Assembly (NCBI GenBank): GCA_963664115.2
Contig: CAXWPJ010000009.1
Span: 640,001 to 704,000, forward strand
Reading direction: 5' to 3'
DNA length: 64,000 nt
Origin: Terriglobia bacterium
GTDB taxonomy: Bacteria > Acidobacteriota > Terriglobia > 20CM-2-55-15
Positions 55,110 to 64,000 of the stretch are shown here, piece by piece. Positions within the stretch are counted from its first letter, which is position 1; each line of letters starts with the position of its first letter. The position numbers and the translations under genes are program-made. Below the pieces are notes generated by a model. The model had not been told where the DNA came from. It made no database searches and saw only the letters and a program-made list of their open reading frames with translations.

Positions 55110-56357
55110 TTAAGGCCCCCCGCGAATATTGTACGCGGTGACCGTTCCCTGGTCCCGGACATAGAGGGTGCCGTCACTTACGACGGGATGGGCCCGGCTC
55201 GGGAAACCCTGGTCGGGCATCTCGAATCGTCCCTTCTCCGTGTAACCGGTCGGCGCCGCTTCAACCAGGCCTACGACATTGTTCTCGCTCAAGATGTAGA
55301 GATGGCCGTCCGCATAAACGAGGGATCCCTTGCCCACGCTGCGGTCTCGCCACATCCTTTCTCCAGTCGCAAAATCGAGACATGTAAGAATGGAGTTGTT
55401 GAACCCGTAGAGATATCCATCAACCACGACGACACCTCCGTGATGGTTCCTCATGTCCCGCGTGAAATAAAGTTCCTCGGCGGCGACCTCTCCCCCTTGG
55501 CTTCTCAGCTCCAACAACCCCCCGCCGGTGCCGTAAGCCGAAGTATAGAAAACCTTATTGTCATAAAAGACCGGAGTGGCGACGTTGGCGGTCCTATTCG
55601 CCGCCCCCGTGTATTTCCACATCAATCCGCCGTCTCGCGCCCGGAGACCCACGCCCGCCTCGTCGGTCAGCGTCATTACCGTCCGGACGCCGTCGATCTC
55701 GGCAACGATGGCTGAAGCGTAGCCAGCCCTGTCACTGAGTCCTTCGCTGGCCCATATGGTTTCCCCGGTCCGTTTGTCCAAAGCCACAACCGCCGCGTCT
55801 CGACCACCCGGCGACACGATCACCATGTTGCCATCAACGAGAGGCGATTCGCTGATCAGCCAATCGATATTTCGTCCGCCGAACTCCTGGAGGATGTTGA
55901 GTTGCCAAACGATTGAACCGTCACCGGCTTCGAGGCAGACCAAGTCCCCGTTCTCGGTCAGAACATAGAGCCGGCCATCGTCAATGGTCGGTGTGCCTCG
56001 AGGCCCGGGGCCTTCTCTATTTCTACGACCCTCACCGAGGGCCCGGGACCAGATCAGGCGCCCATTGCTGCGGTCCAGGCTGGCGACAGCACTCTGCTGC
56101 CCAACCAACATCTGAAGATAGATGCGCTCACCGGCAACAGCCAGCGATCCGTATCCCGCACCGAGACCCAAGGTTTGCCACAAGCGGTTCGGGCCCGACG
56201 CCGGCCACTCGCTCAGCAAGCCAGATTCTTCTGAGACTCCGTCACGGTTTGGACCGCGCCACTGGGGCCAATCTGTAACCGTCTCAGTTTGCCCCCCAAC
56301 GAGGTCAGTCGTTGCGAGAAACAGCGCAACGCTCATGAGGCACAGGCGCACTATCAT
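55110..56357 (-). CDS. Exported PQQ-like beta-propeller protein
   Basis: Signal peptide, DWPQWRGPNRDG, repeated blades, C-terminal HPVV..G.LY.RDQ. Confidence 0.88.
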   Translation of the reverse strand: MIVRLCLMSVALFLATTDLVGGQTETVTDWPQWRGPNRDGVSEESGLLSEWPASGPNRLWQTLGLGAGYGSLAVAGERIYLQMLVGQQSAVASLDRSNGRLIWSRALGEGRRNREGPGPRGTPTIDDGRLYVLTENGDLVCLEAGDGSIVWQLNILQEFGGRNIDWLISESPLVDGNMVIVSPGGRDAAVVALDKRTGETIWASEGLSDRAGYASAIVAEIDGVRTVMTLTDEAGVGLRARDGGLMWKYTGAANRTANVATPVFYDNKVFYTSAYGTGGGLLELRSQGGEVAAEELYFTRDMRNHHGGVVVVDGYLYGFNNSILTCLDFATGERMWRDRSVGKGSLVYADGHLYILSENNVVGLVEAAPTGYTEKGRFEMPDQGFPSRAHPVVSDGTLYVRDQGTVTAYNIRGGP

Positions 56358-56401
56358 CGCCGTACTCCGATATCCGATTGATTTTCCAATTTGCGCACTG
56401 T

Positions 56402-56676
56402 TAGCAGCCCGTAGCAGGAGTCTCGAGGGCCGCGCGCAGGGGTCTTCGGGTTGCGGGCGCGAAGTGAGGAGCGGAGCGATGTCTTTTCATCGTGACCGAC
56501 GAACGACAAAGCCTGCGGCCCGAACCCCCCTGTGCCCACAGGGTTACGGCGAAACGGGCCCGTCTTCGTTGTTGTCGACTCCTCCCAATGGATGAGCATT
56601 ATTTCGTCGTCGCCTCCTAGAATCCGGTCCCGTTTGGCCGTAACGCGGCCCTCGAGACTTCTGCTACGGGCTGCTA
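56402..56676. mobile_element. MITE-like non-autonomous element (~275 bp)
   Basis: 33-bp terminal inverted repeats TAGCAGCCCGTAGCAG(G/A)AGTCTCGAGGGCCGCG with one mismatch; TTAG/CTAG at the ends; nested internal hairpins; no credible ORF. Confidence 0.8.
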
Positions 56677-56743
56677 GCCATCCAGCCGCGAGACAGTTAA
56701 CATATTATGAACCACGATGACACTTTCGGCGGGGGCCTTCAAC

Positions 56744-59700
56744 ATGAATTCAAAGCTTGCCTTCGGACTGGCGTTGACCCTGTGGGTAGCGAGCCCTGCG
56801 CTTGCGCAATCCTACAGAGCCTCGATTCGCGGGATCGTCGTCGATCCGTCCGGGGCCGCCGTTCCCGAGACTAGGTTAGAGATCACGAATGAAGCGACTG
56901 GAGACACACGTATCGCAACTACGGGACCGGATGGGCGCTTTGCCATATCGACGCTGCTTCCGGGCGACATTCTAATCGAAGCGGAACAGGACGGTTACGC
57001 CAGGTACGTATCCCGCACAAGGCTCCGGGTTCGTCAAGAGTTGTGGCTCAACGTGACACTGAGCCTGGGTAACGTGAGTGAAGAAATTATAGTTACGGCA
57101 CCGGCCGTGGTGATCGATCAGGAATCGGCTGCTCTCGGCACTGTGATCGATGATCGGCAGATAACGGGTCTTCCCCTGGACGGGCGCAACTTCCTGGAGC
57201 TATCCTTGCTCGCACCGGGTGTCGCACCCGCTCCGGAGGGCTCGGCCAGCTCTCTTCGCGGCGATTTCGCCTTTACGGTAAACGGCGCACGTGAAGATGC
57301 TCAGAGCTTCCTGCTCGACGGTGTCTATAACATCGATCCCAAACTGAATACACCCGGCGTCCGTCCACCGGTGGACGCAATCCGCGAATTCGAGGTATTG
57401 ACAGGAACTTACAACGCTTCGTTTGGACGCAACGCTGCCGGCCAGATCAACGTCGTCACGCGCTCAGGTGAAAACGAACTCCACGGAACGATTTACGGTT
57501 TCCTCCGGACACGTTCGCTCAATTCGCGCAACTACTTTGCACCCGAGAACGAGGCGGAGCCGGATTACAACAGGAGACAGTACGGCGGATCGATCGGCGG
57601 CCCGATCGTTGCCAACCGTACATTCTTCTTCGCTGACTACGAGCACACCCGACTGAGGGAAGGTGTCACACGGGTTACGAACGTGCCGACGCTGGCTGAA
57701 CGCAACGGTGACTTTTCACAGAGTCTGCTTCCAGCGCCAGTCAACCCTTTTAGCGGTCAGCCGTTTTCGGATAACAGCATTCCGAGCTTTTTCATCCACC
57801 CCGTCGGAAGTGCGATTGCCGCTCTCTATCCCGAGCCCAACCGCGCTGAACCTTTTGCGAACTTCGTGTCTTCGCCGATGCTCTCCGACGACGTCGACCA
57901 TTTTGACCTGAGGATCGATCACAACTTCTCTGGAGGCTCCCGGTTCATGACGCGTTACAGCTTCAACGATCGGCGCTTTTTTGAACCGTTCGCATCGGGC
58001 GTCAGCGTCCCGGGATATGGCACCGATGTTCCGCGACGCGGTCAGAATCTGGCCATCGGCGTCACCCAACCCTTCGGCGGAAGCATGGTCCATGACATTC
58101 GCGTCGGATACACACGAGTCTCAATTGGTGTCTTTCATGAGAACCAGGGACGTAGCGTCAATCAGGAAGTGGGTCTGCCCGATCTGTCGCCGAACCCGCG
58201 CGATTTCGGGCTGAGTCAGATCACGGTAACGGGCTTTTCGCCGCTGGGAGACGAATTCACAAGCCCCCAGCAAAGTACAACGGACATGTGGCAACTGATT
58301 GACACCGTGAACTGGGCGCAGGGCCCGCACTTGGTCACTGCCGGATTCGACATTCGGCATGTCCGACAGGAGGCCTATCGCGACGTCCAGTCGCGCGGTT
58401 TCCTGAACTTCTCGGACCGATATGTCACTGGCAATGGACTGGCCGATCTCTTGCTCGGCTTTCCTCTCGTTACGGGGGGCGCCATTCTGGATAATCCCCA
58501 ACGCCTCCGGTCTTCAGGATGGAGCGCCTTTGCGCAGGACGGTTGGAGATTGCGAGACGATCTGACGCTGACGGCTGGACTTCGCTACGAGTACATAGGG
58601 CCGGGGGTGGATGCCGACGACAGGGCAAATCTATACGATCCTGCAACTGGAGGGTTCGTACAGGTGGGTACTGGCGATATGCCACGCGGCGGTTACGAAC
58701 CGGACCGCAACAACTGGGGCCCGCGGCTCGGACTGGCCTGGACGCCGGACGCTGCCAGAAGGACCGTCATTCGTGGCGGTTACGGAATTTATTACAACCA
58801 GGGTGCTTTGGCCACGGGCGAAGGCCTCTACTTCAATGCTCCTTATTTTGATTTGAAGCTTTTCGTTCCCGCACCTGGCATTCCGCCGGTGACGCTCCAG
58901 GATCCCTTTCCTCAGTCGTACCCGCTCGAACTTCCCGCGTCAGCCACAGCCTATCAGCGAGACCTCCAGACAGGCCGGCTCGAACAATGGAGCATAGGGG
59001 TGCAACGGCAACTGGGTGAGGCCCGAACAATCGAGGTGGCATACGTGGGATCACGAGGCCGTCATCTGATCGCCGCGCGTGACCTCAACCAACCCGATCC
59101 GAGTCCGGTCCCACTGAACCTCAGGCCGAATCCGCTTTTGGCAGACATCACGCTGATCGAGTCTCGCGGTAAATCCAAGTACCACGCCCTCCAAATCAAG
59201 TTCCAGCAGCGTTCCGCCCGAGGTCTCTCCGTGCTCGCAGCTTACACCTATGGTAAATCCCAGGATGACGCCTCCGGATTCTTCGCCAGCACAGGCGACT
59301 CCAATTTCCCGCAGGACAGCCGGAATCCTGAGTTGGAATACGCGCGTTCCAGCTTCGACGTCAGACACCGGTTTTCAACGAGTTTAGCTTGGGAGATGCC
59401 GTTCGGGACCGGTCAACGTTGGCTGACGGACAATGGCGTGCTTTCGACTGTGTTGGCTGACTGGGAACTGCAGGGCATCGTGACACTGCAGAGCGGCCGC
59501 CCGTTTACGGTGGCACTGCTGCCCGAATTCGACAACAGCAATACCGGGTTCTCCACACTGGGTTTCGGTGCGAACGACCGGCCGAACCTTGTCGGCAATC
59601 CCGTCCTGGACAATCCGACACCCGAGCAGTGGTTCAACGTTGGGGCTTTTACGGTGCCGGATTTCGGGAGCTTTGGCGATGCCGGCCGGAACATCCTGGA

Positions 59701-59914
59701 AGGACCCGATTTTCAGAACGTGAACCTGTCGTTATCAAAGACAATATCTGTTGGAGAAGGGGTGGATCTTCAGCTTCGGGCGGAAGCGTTCAACTTATTC
59801 AACCGCTCAAACTTCAATCTGCCTGACGCTTTCGTGGGCTCGCCAACGTTTGGACAAGTCGTTTCTACCGAGAACCCGAGACGATGCCAGTTCGGCGTCA
59901 AGTTGATCTTTTAG
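56744..59914 (+). CDS. TonB-dependent receptor, Oar-like, with N-terminal carboxypeptidase-regulatory-like domain
   Basis: Signal peptide, G.V.DPSGA.VP, LPL.GRNF..L, AI.EF.V.T, F.QD.W, G.RYEY, C-terminal ...KLIF. Confidence 0.92.
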   Translation: MNSKLAFGLALTLWVASPALAQSYRASIRGIVVDPSGAAVPETRLEITNEATGDTRIATTGPDGRFAISTLLPGDILIEAEQDGYARYVSRTRLRVRQELWLNVTLSLGNVSEEIIVTAPAVVIDQESAALGTVIDDRQITGLPLDGRNFLELSLLAPGVAPAPEGSASSLRGDFAFTVNGAREDAQSFLLDGVYNIDPKLNTPGVRPPVDAIREFEVLTGTYNASFGRNAAGQINVVTRSGENELHGTIYGFLRTRSLNSRNYFAPENEAEPDYNRRQYGGSIGGPIVANRTFFFADYEHTRLREGVTRVTNVPTLAERNGDFSQSLLPAPVNPFSGQPFSDNSIPSFFIHPVGSAIAALYPEPNRAEPFANFVSSPMLSDDVDHFDLRIDHNFSGGSRFMTRYSFNDRRFFEPFASGVSVPGYGTDVPRRGQNLAIGVTQPFGGSMVHDIRVGYTRVSIGVFHENQGRSVNQEVGLPDLSPNPRDFGLSQITVTGFSPLGDEFTSPQQSTTDMWQLIDTVNWAQGPHLVTAGFDIRHVRQEAYRDVQSRGFLNFSDRYVTGNGLADLLLGFPLVTGGAILDNPQRLRSSGWSAFAQDGWRLRDDLTLTAGLRYEYIGPGVDADDRANLYDPATGGFVQVGTGDMPRGGYEPDRNNWGPRLGLAWTPDAARRTVIRGGYGIYYNQGALATGEGLYFNAPYFDLKLFVPAPGIPPVTLQDPFPQSYPLELPASATAYQRDLQTGRLEQWSIGVQRQLGEARTIEVAYVGSRGRHLIAARDLNQPDPSPVPLNLRPNPLLADITLIESRGKSKYHALQIKFQQRSARGLSVLAAYTYGKSQDDASGFFASTGDSNFPQDSRNPELEYARSSFDVRHRFSTSLAWEMPFGTGQRWLTDNGVLSTVLADWELQGIVTLQSGRPFTVALLPEFDNSNTGFSTLGFGANDRPNLVGNPVLDNPTPEQWFNVGAFTVPDFGSFGDAGRNILEGPDFQNVNLSLSKTISVGEGVDLQLRAEAFNLFNRSNFNLPDAFVGSPTFGQVVSTENPRRCQFGVKLIF

Positions 59915-60059
59915 GGCACTGTCAACTGGGGGTCCCAACGTCGATCCTGTGCCGGATCGGCTCAAGTTGACAGCAACCACTGTCCGACTATACTGCCTCA
60001 AGGCCTCTAATTTTTTCCTATCCGCCGTAACAGAGAGCGGCACCAGAGAAAGGAAAGAC

Positions 60060-60536
60060 ATGGCATTTGACGCTCAAATGCAACGGCAGATCATGGGACG
60101 GTTCGCGACGGGTGTGACGGTGGTGACCACCCGGTATGGCGATGGAGAAAACACGGGGATGACGGCCAATGCGGTGATGTCGCTTTCTCTGGATCCGCCG
60201 CTGGTTGTGATCTCGGTGGATAAGAAAGCGCTGATTCATGGATGTTTGAGCGATGGGCAATGCTACGCGATCAACATCCTGACCCGCGATCAGGAAGATT
60301 TATCGACACGTTTCGCCACATCGGGACCGAAAGATCTGTCGGGCCTGGAGTGGACTGAATCCCAGACTGGGGCTCCGATTCTTAAGGACACGCTGGGATA
60401 CCTGGACTGCAAGTTGACAGATATCCTGCCGGCAGGGGATCACGATATGTTTGTCGGTGAGGTTGTCGCAGGCGATCTGGGTGAGGGGCTGCCCCTGCTC
60501 TTTTATAGCGGGAAATATCGGAAGCTTGGGGAATAA
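60060..60536 (+). CDS. Flavin reductase (HpaC/RutF-like)
   Basis: FATGVTVVT, GMTAN..SLSLDPPL, GDH, PL.FY.G.Y. Confidence 0.92.
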   Translation: MAFDAQMQRQIMGRFATGVTVVTTRYGDGENTGMTANAVMSLSLDPPLVVISVDKKALIHGCLSDGQCYAINILTRDQEDLSTRFATSGPKDLSGLEWTESQTGAPILKDTLGYLDCKLTDILPAGDHDMFVGEVVAGDLGEGLPLLFYSGKYRKLGE

Positions 60537-60854
60537 GAAGACCTGCTGAGTCTGTTTCGATCAGTCAGGCACAGACCAATATCGGCCCATCAAGGCTTCT
60601 GCGATCACCTTGTTTTGCGACTTGAGAAACGATCATGGCGGGTTGATTGATCGCGCCATCCCCAAGCTTAAGCCCACAATGACATTCCGATTCTGGACCT
60701 TTGCATGGGATCCACGTGCCTAATTGGCAGTAGTGGCGGTATAAACGATCAGAATAGGGCCCGATGACTGGCTGCCAGCAAGGGGTAAGGACGGACTCGA
60801 TGCCCTCGCAACGGGCATTCCGGCCATTAAACAATTCGCTATACTGTTTCAGCC

Positions 60855-61970
60855 ATGCAAGCCGCTGATTCCGGAAATAGAGAAGCATCGCCCTCTCGAG
60901 TGGAAGCAGCCCGCACTGATCTCGATGCCTGGGTACGTGAAGTTGTCGCCTGGCACTTCGATCCAGCGACCGGTTGTCCGTTCTGGCTGGAGCGGGCGGC
61001 GGAACTTGGCTGGGATCCGGTGAGGGAAATCCAGGGTTTCAGCGATCTGCGCCGCTTTGGTCCGTTTGATGACGAATGGTTGCGAGGCGGCCCTGTAAGA
61101 CGTTGGGTACCGCGCGGCCTCTCCGATAAACCCGTATTTGTCTTCGAAACGGGCGGCACGACCGGTATTCCTAAGACACGCATAAACTGCGAGGACTTTC
61201 GGACGGACTACGACATATTCAGCGAAACGCTTCCGGAAGAGTCCTTCCCGAAAGGGGCAAACTGGCTCATGGTCGGCCCCTCAGGTCCCCGTCGGCTGCG
61301 ACTGGCGGTCGAACACCTGGCCCAATATCGCGGCGGCATCTGCTTTCTTGTGGATCTGGATCCTCGATGGGTGATCAAGCTCATCAAGAAAGGGTGGACA
61401 GAGCACTTGAATGAGTACAAGAACCATGTGATCGACCAGGCCGTAACCATCCTCCGTGCGAACCACGACATCCGCTGTCTTTTCACTACACCGAAACTGC
61501 TTGAAGCCCTGGCCCTGCGCCTGGAAACGATGGACACGACGATTCGCAGAGAAGGCATCACGGGTGTTTTCTCGGGAGGCACCGAATTCACACCACAGTG
61601 GAATCGCTTTGCGCACGAGGAACTGCTCGACGGAGCGTATATGACCCCGACCTATGGCAATACGCTGATGGGCCTCGCCCCAAGTGCTCCGAGCGGACCA
61701 CACAACGGCTACAAGATCGCATACTACGCACCACAACCCCGTGCCGTCATTGAGGTCGTGGACCTGGATGATGAAGAACGTGTCGTGGAATATGGCGAAA
61801 CCGGGCGAGTCAGAGTAACGACGCTGACGAAGGAATTCTTCATGCCCGGTTTCCTTGAACGCGACGAAGGTGAGCGCGAGCCCCCCTGCGATCTCTACAC
61901 CTGGGACGGGGTGAGCGGTGTGCGGCCGTTTCGTGAGCTTGCTGCGGCGACCACTGTGGGCGTCTATTGA
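60855..61970 (+). CDS. AMP-binding-like protein, EhpF/GriC/LuxE-like
   Basis: WHF.P.TG.PFW, P-loop ETGGTTG.PK, YGNT, V.YGE.G.V, ERD; short (371 aa), apparently lacking the C-terminal ANL subdomain. Confidence 0.75.
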   Translation: MQAADSGNREASPSRVEAARTDLDAWVREVVAWHFDPATGCPFWLERAAELGWDPVREIQGFSDLRRFGPFDDEWLRGGPVRRWVPRGLSDKPVFVFETGGTTGIPKTRINCEDFRTDYDIFSETLPEESFPKGANWLMVGPSGPRRLRLAVEHLAQYRGGICFLVDLDPRWVIKLIKKGWTEHLNEYKNHVIDQAVTILRANHDIRCLFTTPKLLEALALRLETMDTTIRREGITGVFSGGTEFTPQWNRFAHEELLDGAYMTPTYGNTLMGLAPSAPSGPHNGYKIAYYAPQPRAVIEVVDLDDEERVVEYGETGRVRVTTLTKEFFMPGFLERDEGEREPPCDLYTWDGVSGVRPFRELAAATTVGVY

Positions 61971-61972
61971 GA

Positions 61973-63400
61973 ATGATTACCCTTCCTGTCTTACGCTGGG
62001 GTCAACCCTACGAAAGCCTTGATCTGGACGAAGTCGTTCATTTCTCGACGGGTGAACCGGTCGCCAGGGTCGGTCGTGCCAACAGTGGACTGATCCAGAG
62101 GGACATGCGCAAGGCTCAAAACGCCCGCGACGCTTTACGTGCGATTCCAGTCGACGAGTTACTGAAAAGAGTCCAACGTGCCGGTGAGATTTACATGACC
62201 GCTACAGTTCCGATGGGAGACGGAGCGCAAACCCCCGAAGAATTCGTCCGGGCCCAGTCGGCCAGCACCGGCTTGCCCGAACAGATGTGCCGGACCAACA
62301 TGGAAAAGAACCGATTCGTGCTTTCAGAGATGCCTAACATCCTCGCATCGCTGACGCGCGGCCTGGATCTGGAGGTCCTCAACCAGGGATTCGGCGAGGA
62401 ACATGAGGTGCCGATCAGCTTTCAGGCCCAAAGCCCTGTGCTGGGCGTGGTGCTGCCGTCCAACTCCCCCGGCGTACACACCTTGTGGTTACCCATCATT
62501 GCCTTGCAGATCGGTCTTGTCCTCAAGCCTGGACCTCAGGAACCCTGGACGCCGTATCGAATGGTCAATGCATTCTTCGAAGCCGGAATTCCTCGGGAAG
62601 CCTTTTCAATTTACCCCGGTGAAGCCGACATTGGCGCGGCCGTGCTCGATGCTTCAAGCCGCAGCCTCATATTCGGCGGCGAGGCCACGGTTGAGCGTTA
62701 TCGGGGCAACCCCGGAGTCCAGGCTCACGGACCGGGATTATCGAAGATTATTTTCGGTGACGACCAGGTGGACAATTGGGAGAAACACCTGGACCTGATG
62801 GTGGAGAGTGTCGCGGTCAACAGCGGCCGCAGCTGTATCAACGCCTCAGGGATTTGGGTCAGTCGACATGCCCGAGAGATCGCGGACGCCCTGGCCAGCC
62901 GACTGGCCCGGATACGCCCGCGACCCCCGGAAGATCCGGAATCCACTTTGGCGGCGTTCACCGTCACCGGTGTGGCCGAAGCCATTTCGCAATCGATCGA
63001 CGCCGACATACAGGCTCCTGGCGTCCACGATGTCACTGCAAACTTTCGGAATGGGAGCCGACTGGTAGACGTCGGACTCGCCGACTATCTGCTGCCGACA
63101 GTGATCCATTCCGAGTCACCGGAGAACGGGATCGCGAAAAAGGAGTACATGTTCCCGTTTGTCTGCGTCGTCGAATGCCCGGAAGCGGAGATGATTCGAG
63201 CGATCGGACCCACATTGGTTTGCAGTGCGATCACTTGCGACGAAGACTTCCGGCGTCGCCTGGTCGACGCCGTGAATATCGACCGGCTGAATCTGGGTCC
63301 GGTCCCGACGACGAAACTCAACTGGCTCCAGCCTCACGAAGGGAACATCGTCGAGTTTCTATTTCGCGCACGCGCATTTCAGAACGCGCCGTTCACCTAA
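61973..63400 (+). CDS. Aldehyde-dehydrogenase-fold protein, GriD/LuxC-like acyl reductase
   Basis: PSNSPG, LKPG..EP, FGG, catalytic Cys in NSGRSCIN, EYMFPF; HGPGLSK replaces the ELGGK general-base motif. Confidence 0.78.
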   Translation: MITLPVLRWGQPYESLDLDEVVHFSTGEPVARVGRANSGLIQRDMRKAQNARDALRAIPVDELLKRVQRAGEIYMTATVPMGDGAQTPEEFVRAQSASTGLPEQMCRTNMEKNRFVLSEMPNILASLTRGLDLEVLNQGFGEEHEVPISFQAQSPVLGVVLPSNSPGVHTLWLPIIALQIGLVLKPGPQEPWTPYRMVNAFFEAGIPREAFSIYPGEADIGAAVLDASSRSLIFGGEATVERYRGNPGVQAHGPGLSKIIFGDDQVDNWEKHLDLMVESVAVNSGRSCINASGIWVSRHAREIADALASRLARIRPRPPEDPESTLAAFTVTGVAEAISQSIDADIQAPGVHDVTANFRNGSRLVDVGLADYLLPTVIHSESPENGIAKKEYMFPFVCVVECPEAEMIRAIGPTLVCSAITCDEDFRRRLVDAVNIDRLNLGPVPTTKLNWLQPHEGNIVEFLFRARAFQNAPFT

Positions 63401-63429
63401 TAGCAGTCGTCCGGGGAGGGCCGAAGTGA

Positions 63430-64000
63430 ATGCGGGTCTTGTCAATCACCGCCGGAGCGGCTGGGATGTACTGCGGGAGTTGCGCCCGCGACAATGCGCT
63501 GGCACGGGAACTGTTGTCTCTCGGTCACGACTGCATGCTCGTGCCCGTCTACACACCCACACGAACAGACGAACCTAACGCGAGCCGCCCACACGTCCTG
63601 TTTGGCGGTATCAGCGTGTATCTTCAGCAATATGTCCCGCTTTTTCGCAGGACCCCCCGATTTTTGGATCGGCTGTGGGACTCCCCGTGGGTAATCGATC
63701 GTGTCGCGGGCCGCGCGGTGTCGAACGATCCCCAGTTATTGGGTGACCTCACGATCTCCATGCTCGAGGGCGAAGAGAGCGTCTTAGGAAAGGAATTCGA
63801 AAAACTCGTAGACTGGATCCGCCACCAACCCACACCGGATATCATCAACCTCCCCAACTCCCTGCTGATCGCGCTCGCAAAACCGCTGCGCGAGAGTTTC
63901 GATCGACCGGTTTGCTGCACACTGCAGGGAGAAGAACTCTTCATTGACGGCCTGCTGCCCCCCTATCGCGAACAGGCATTGAATCTCATCCGGCGGCAGA
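63430..64000 (+). CDS. GT-B (family 4-like) glycosyltransferase, truncated by the window end; absent from the ORF track
   Basis: Read manually: MRVLSITAGAAGMYCGSCARDNALARELLSLGHD..., open to 64000. Confidence 0.75.
   Translation, partial: MRVLSITAGAAGMYCGSCARDNALARELLSLGHDCMLVPVYTPTRTDEPNASRPHVLFGGISVYLQQYVPLFRRTPRFLDRLWDSPWVIDRVAGRAVSNDPQLLGDLTISMLEGEESVLGKEFEKLVDWIRHQPTPDIINLPNSLLIALAKPLRESFDRPVCCTLQGEELFIDGLLPPYREQALNLIRRQ

Noticed and set aside
50129-56357. Calling the propellers bamB or methanol/alcohol dehydrogenases
   Set aside because: No lipobox or bam gene context, no recognisable MxaF/XoxF motifs, and no pqq or cytochrome genes in the window
56354-56599. 81-aa minus-strand ORF upstream of the propeller genes
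   Set aside because: It lies mostly within the MITE and has no protein-like features
60565-60888. 107-aa minus-strand ORF
   Set aside because: Overlaps the start and likely -10 box (TATACT) of the downstream gene; no recognisable motif
41560-63400. Bioluminescence (lux) system from LLM, flavin reductase and LuxC/LuxE-like genes
   Set aside because: There is a single Rv2161c-like LLM about 18 kb from the others inside the F420 block, with no luxA/luxB pair or luxD; the reductase pair looks closer to GriC/GriD

Overview
Bacterial chromosomal window, most likely Acidobacteriota (16S rRNA signatures and an Oar-like TonB-dependent receptor; this is inference, not a database result). From left to right: (1) the end of an integrative element (tyrosine integrase converging on the 3' end of tRNA-Leu). 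(2) A housekeeping block: rnr, tRNA(CAT), HAD phosphatase, tilS-ftsH-folP-cdaA-cdaR-glmM. (3) A complete rrn operon: 16S-tRNA-Ile-tRNA-Ala-23S-5S. (4) A secreted-protein gene split by a scrambled tandem IS256 structure, possibly in part an assembly artefact. (5) A Tat amidohydrolase, a carboxylesterase and malic enzyme. (6) A ~16-kb block in which a full coenzyme F420 pathway (cofD, cofC, cofE, cofG, cofH, F420:NADP oxidoreductase, two F420-type oxidoreductases) is interleaved with an acyl-CoA catabolic operon built around an atypical B12-dependent mutase. (7) A canonical propionyl-CoA assimilation operon (scpA-pccB-pccA-meaB-mce). (8) An uncharacterised cluster of four exported PQQ-like beta-propeller proteins, a MITE, a TonB-dependent receptor, a flavin reductase, a GriC/GriD(EhpF/G)-like carboxylate-reductase pair and a CxxC glycosyltransferase that runs off the window. 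The best candidates for undescribed systems are blocks 6 and 8. All family assignments come from motifs recognised by eye, without database searches.
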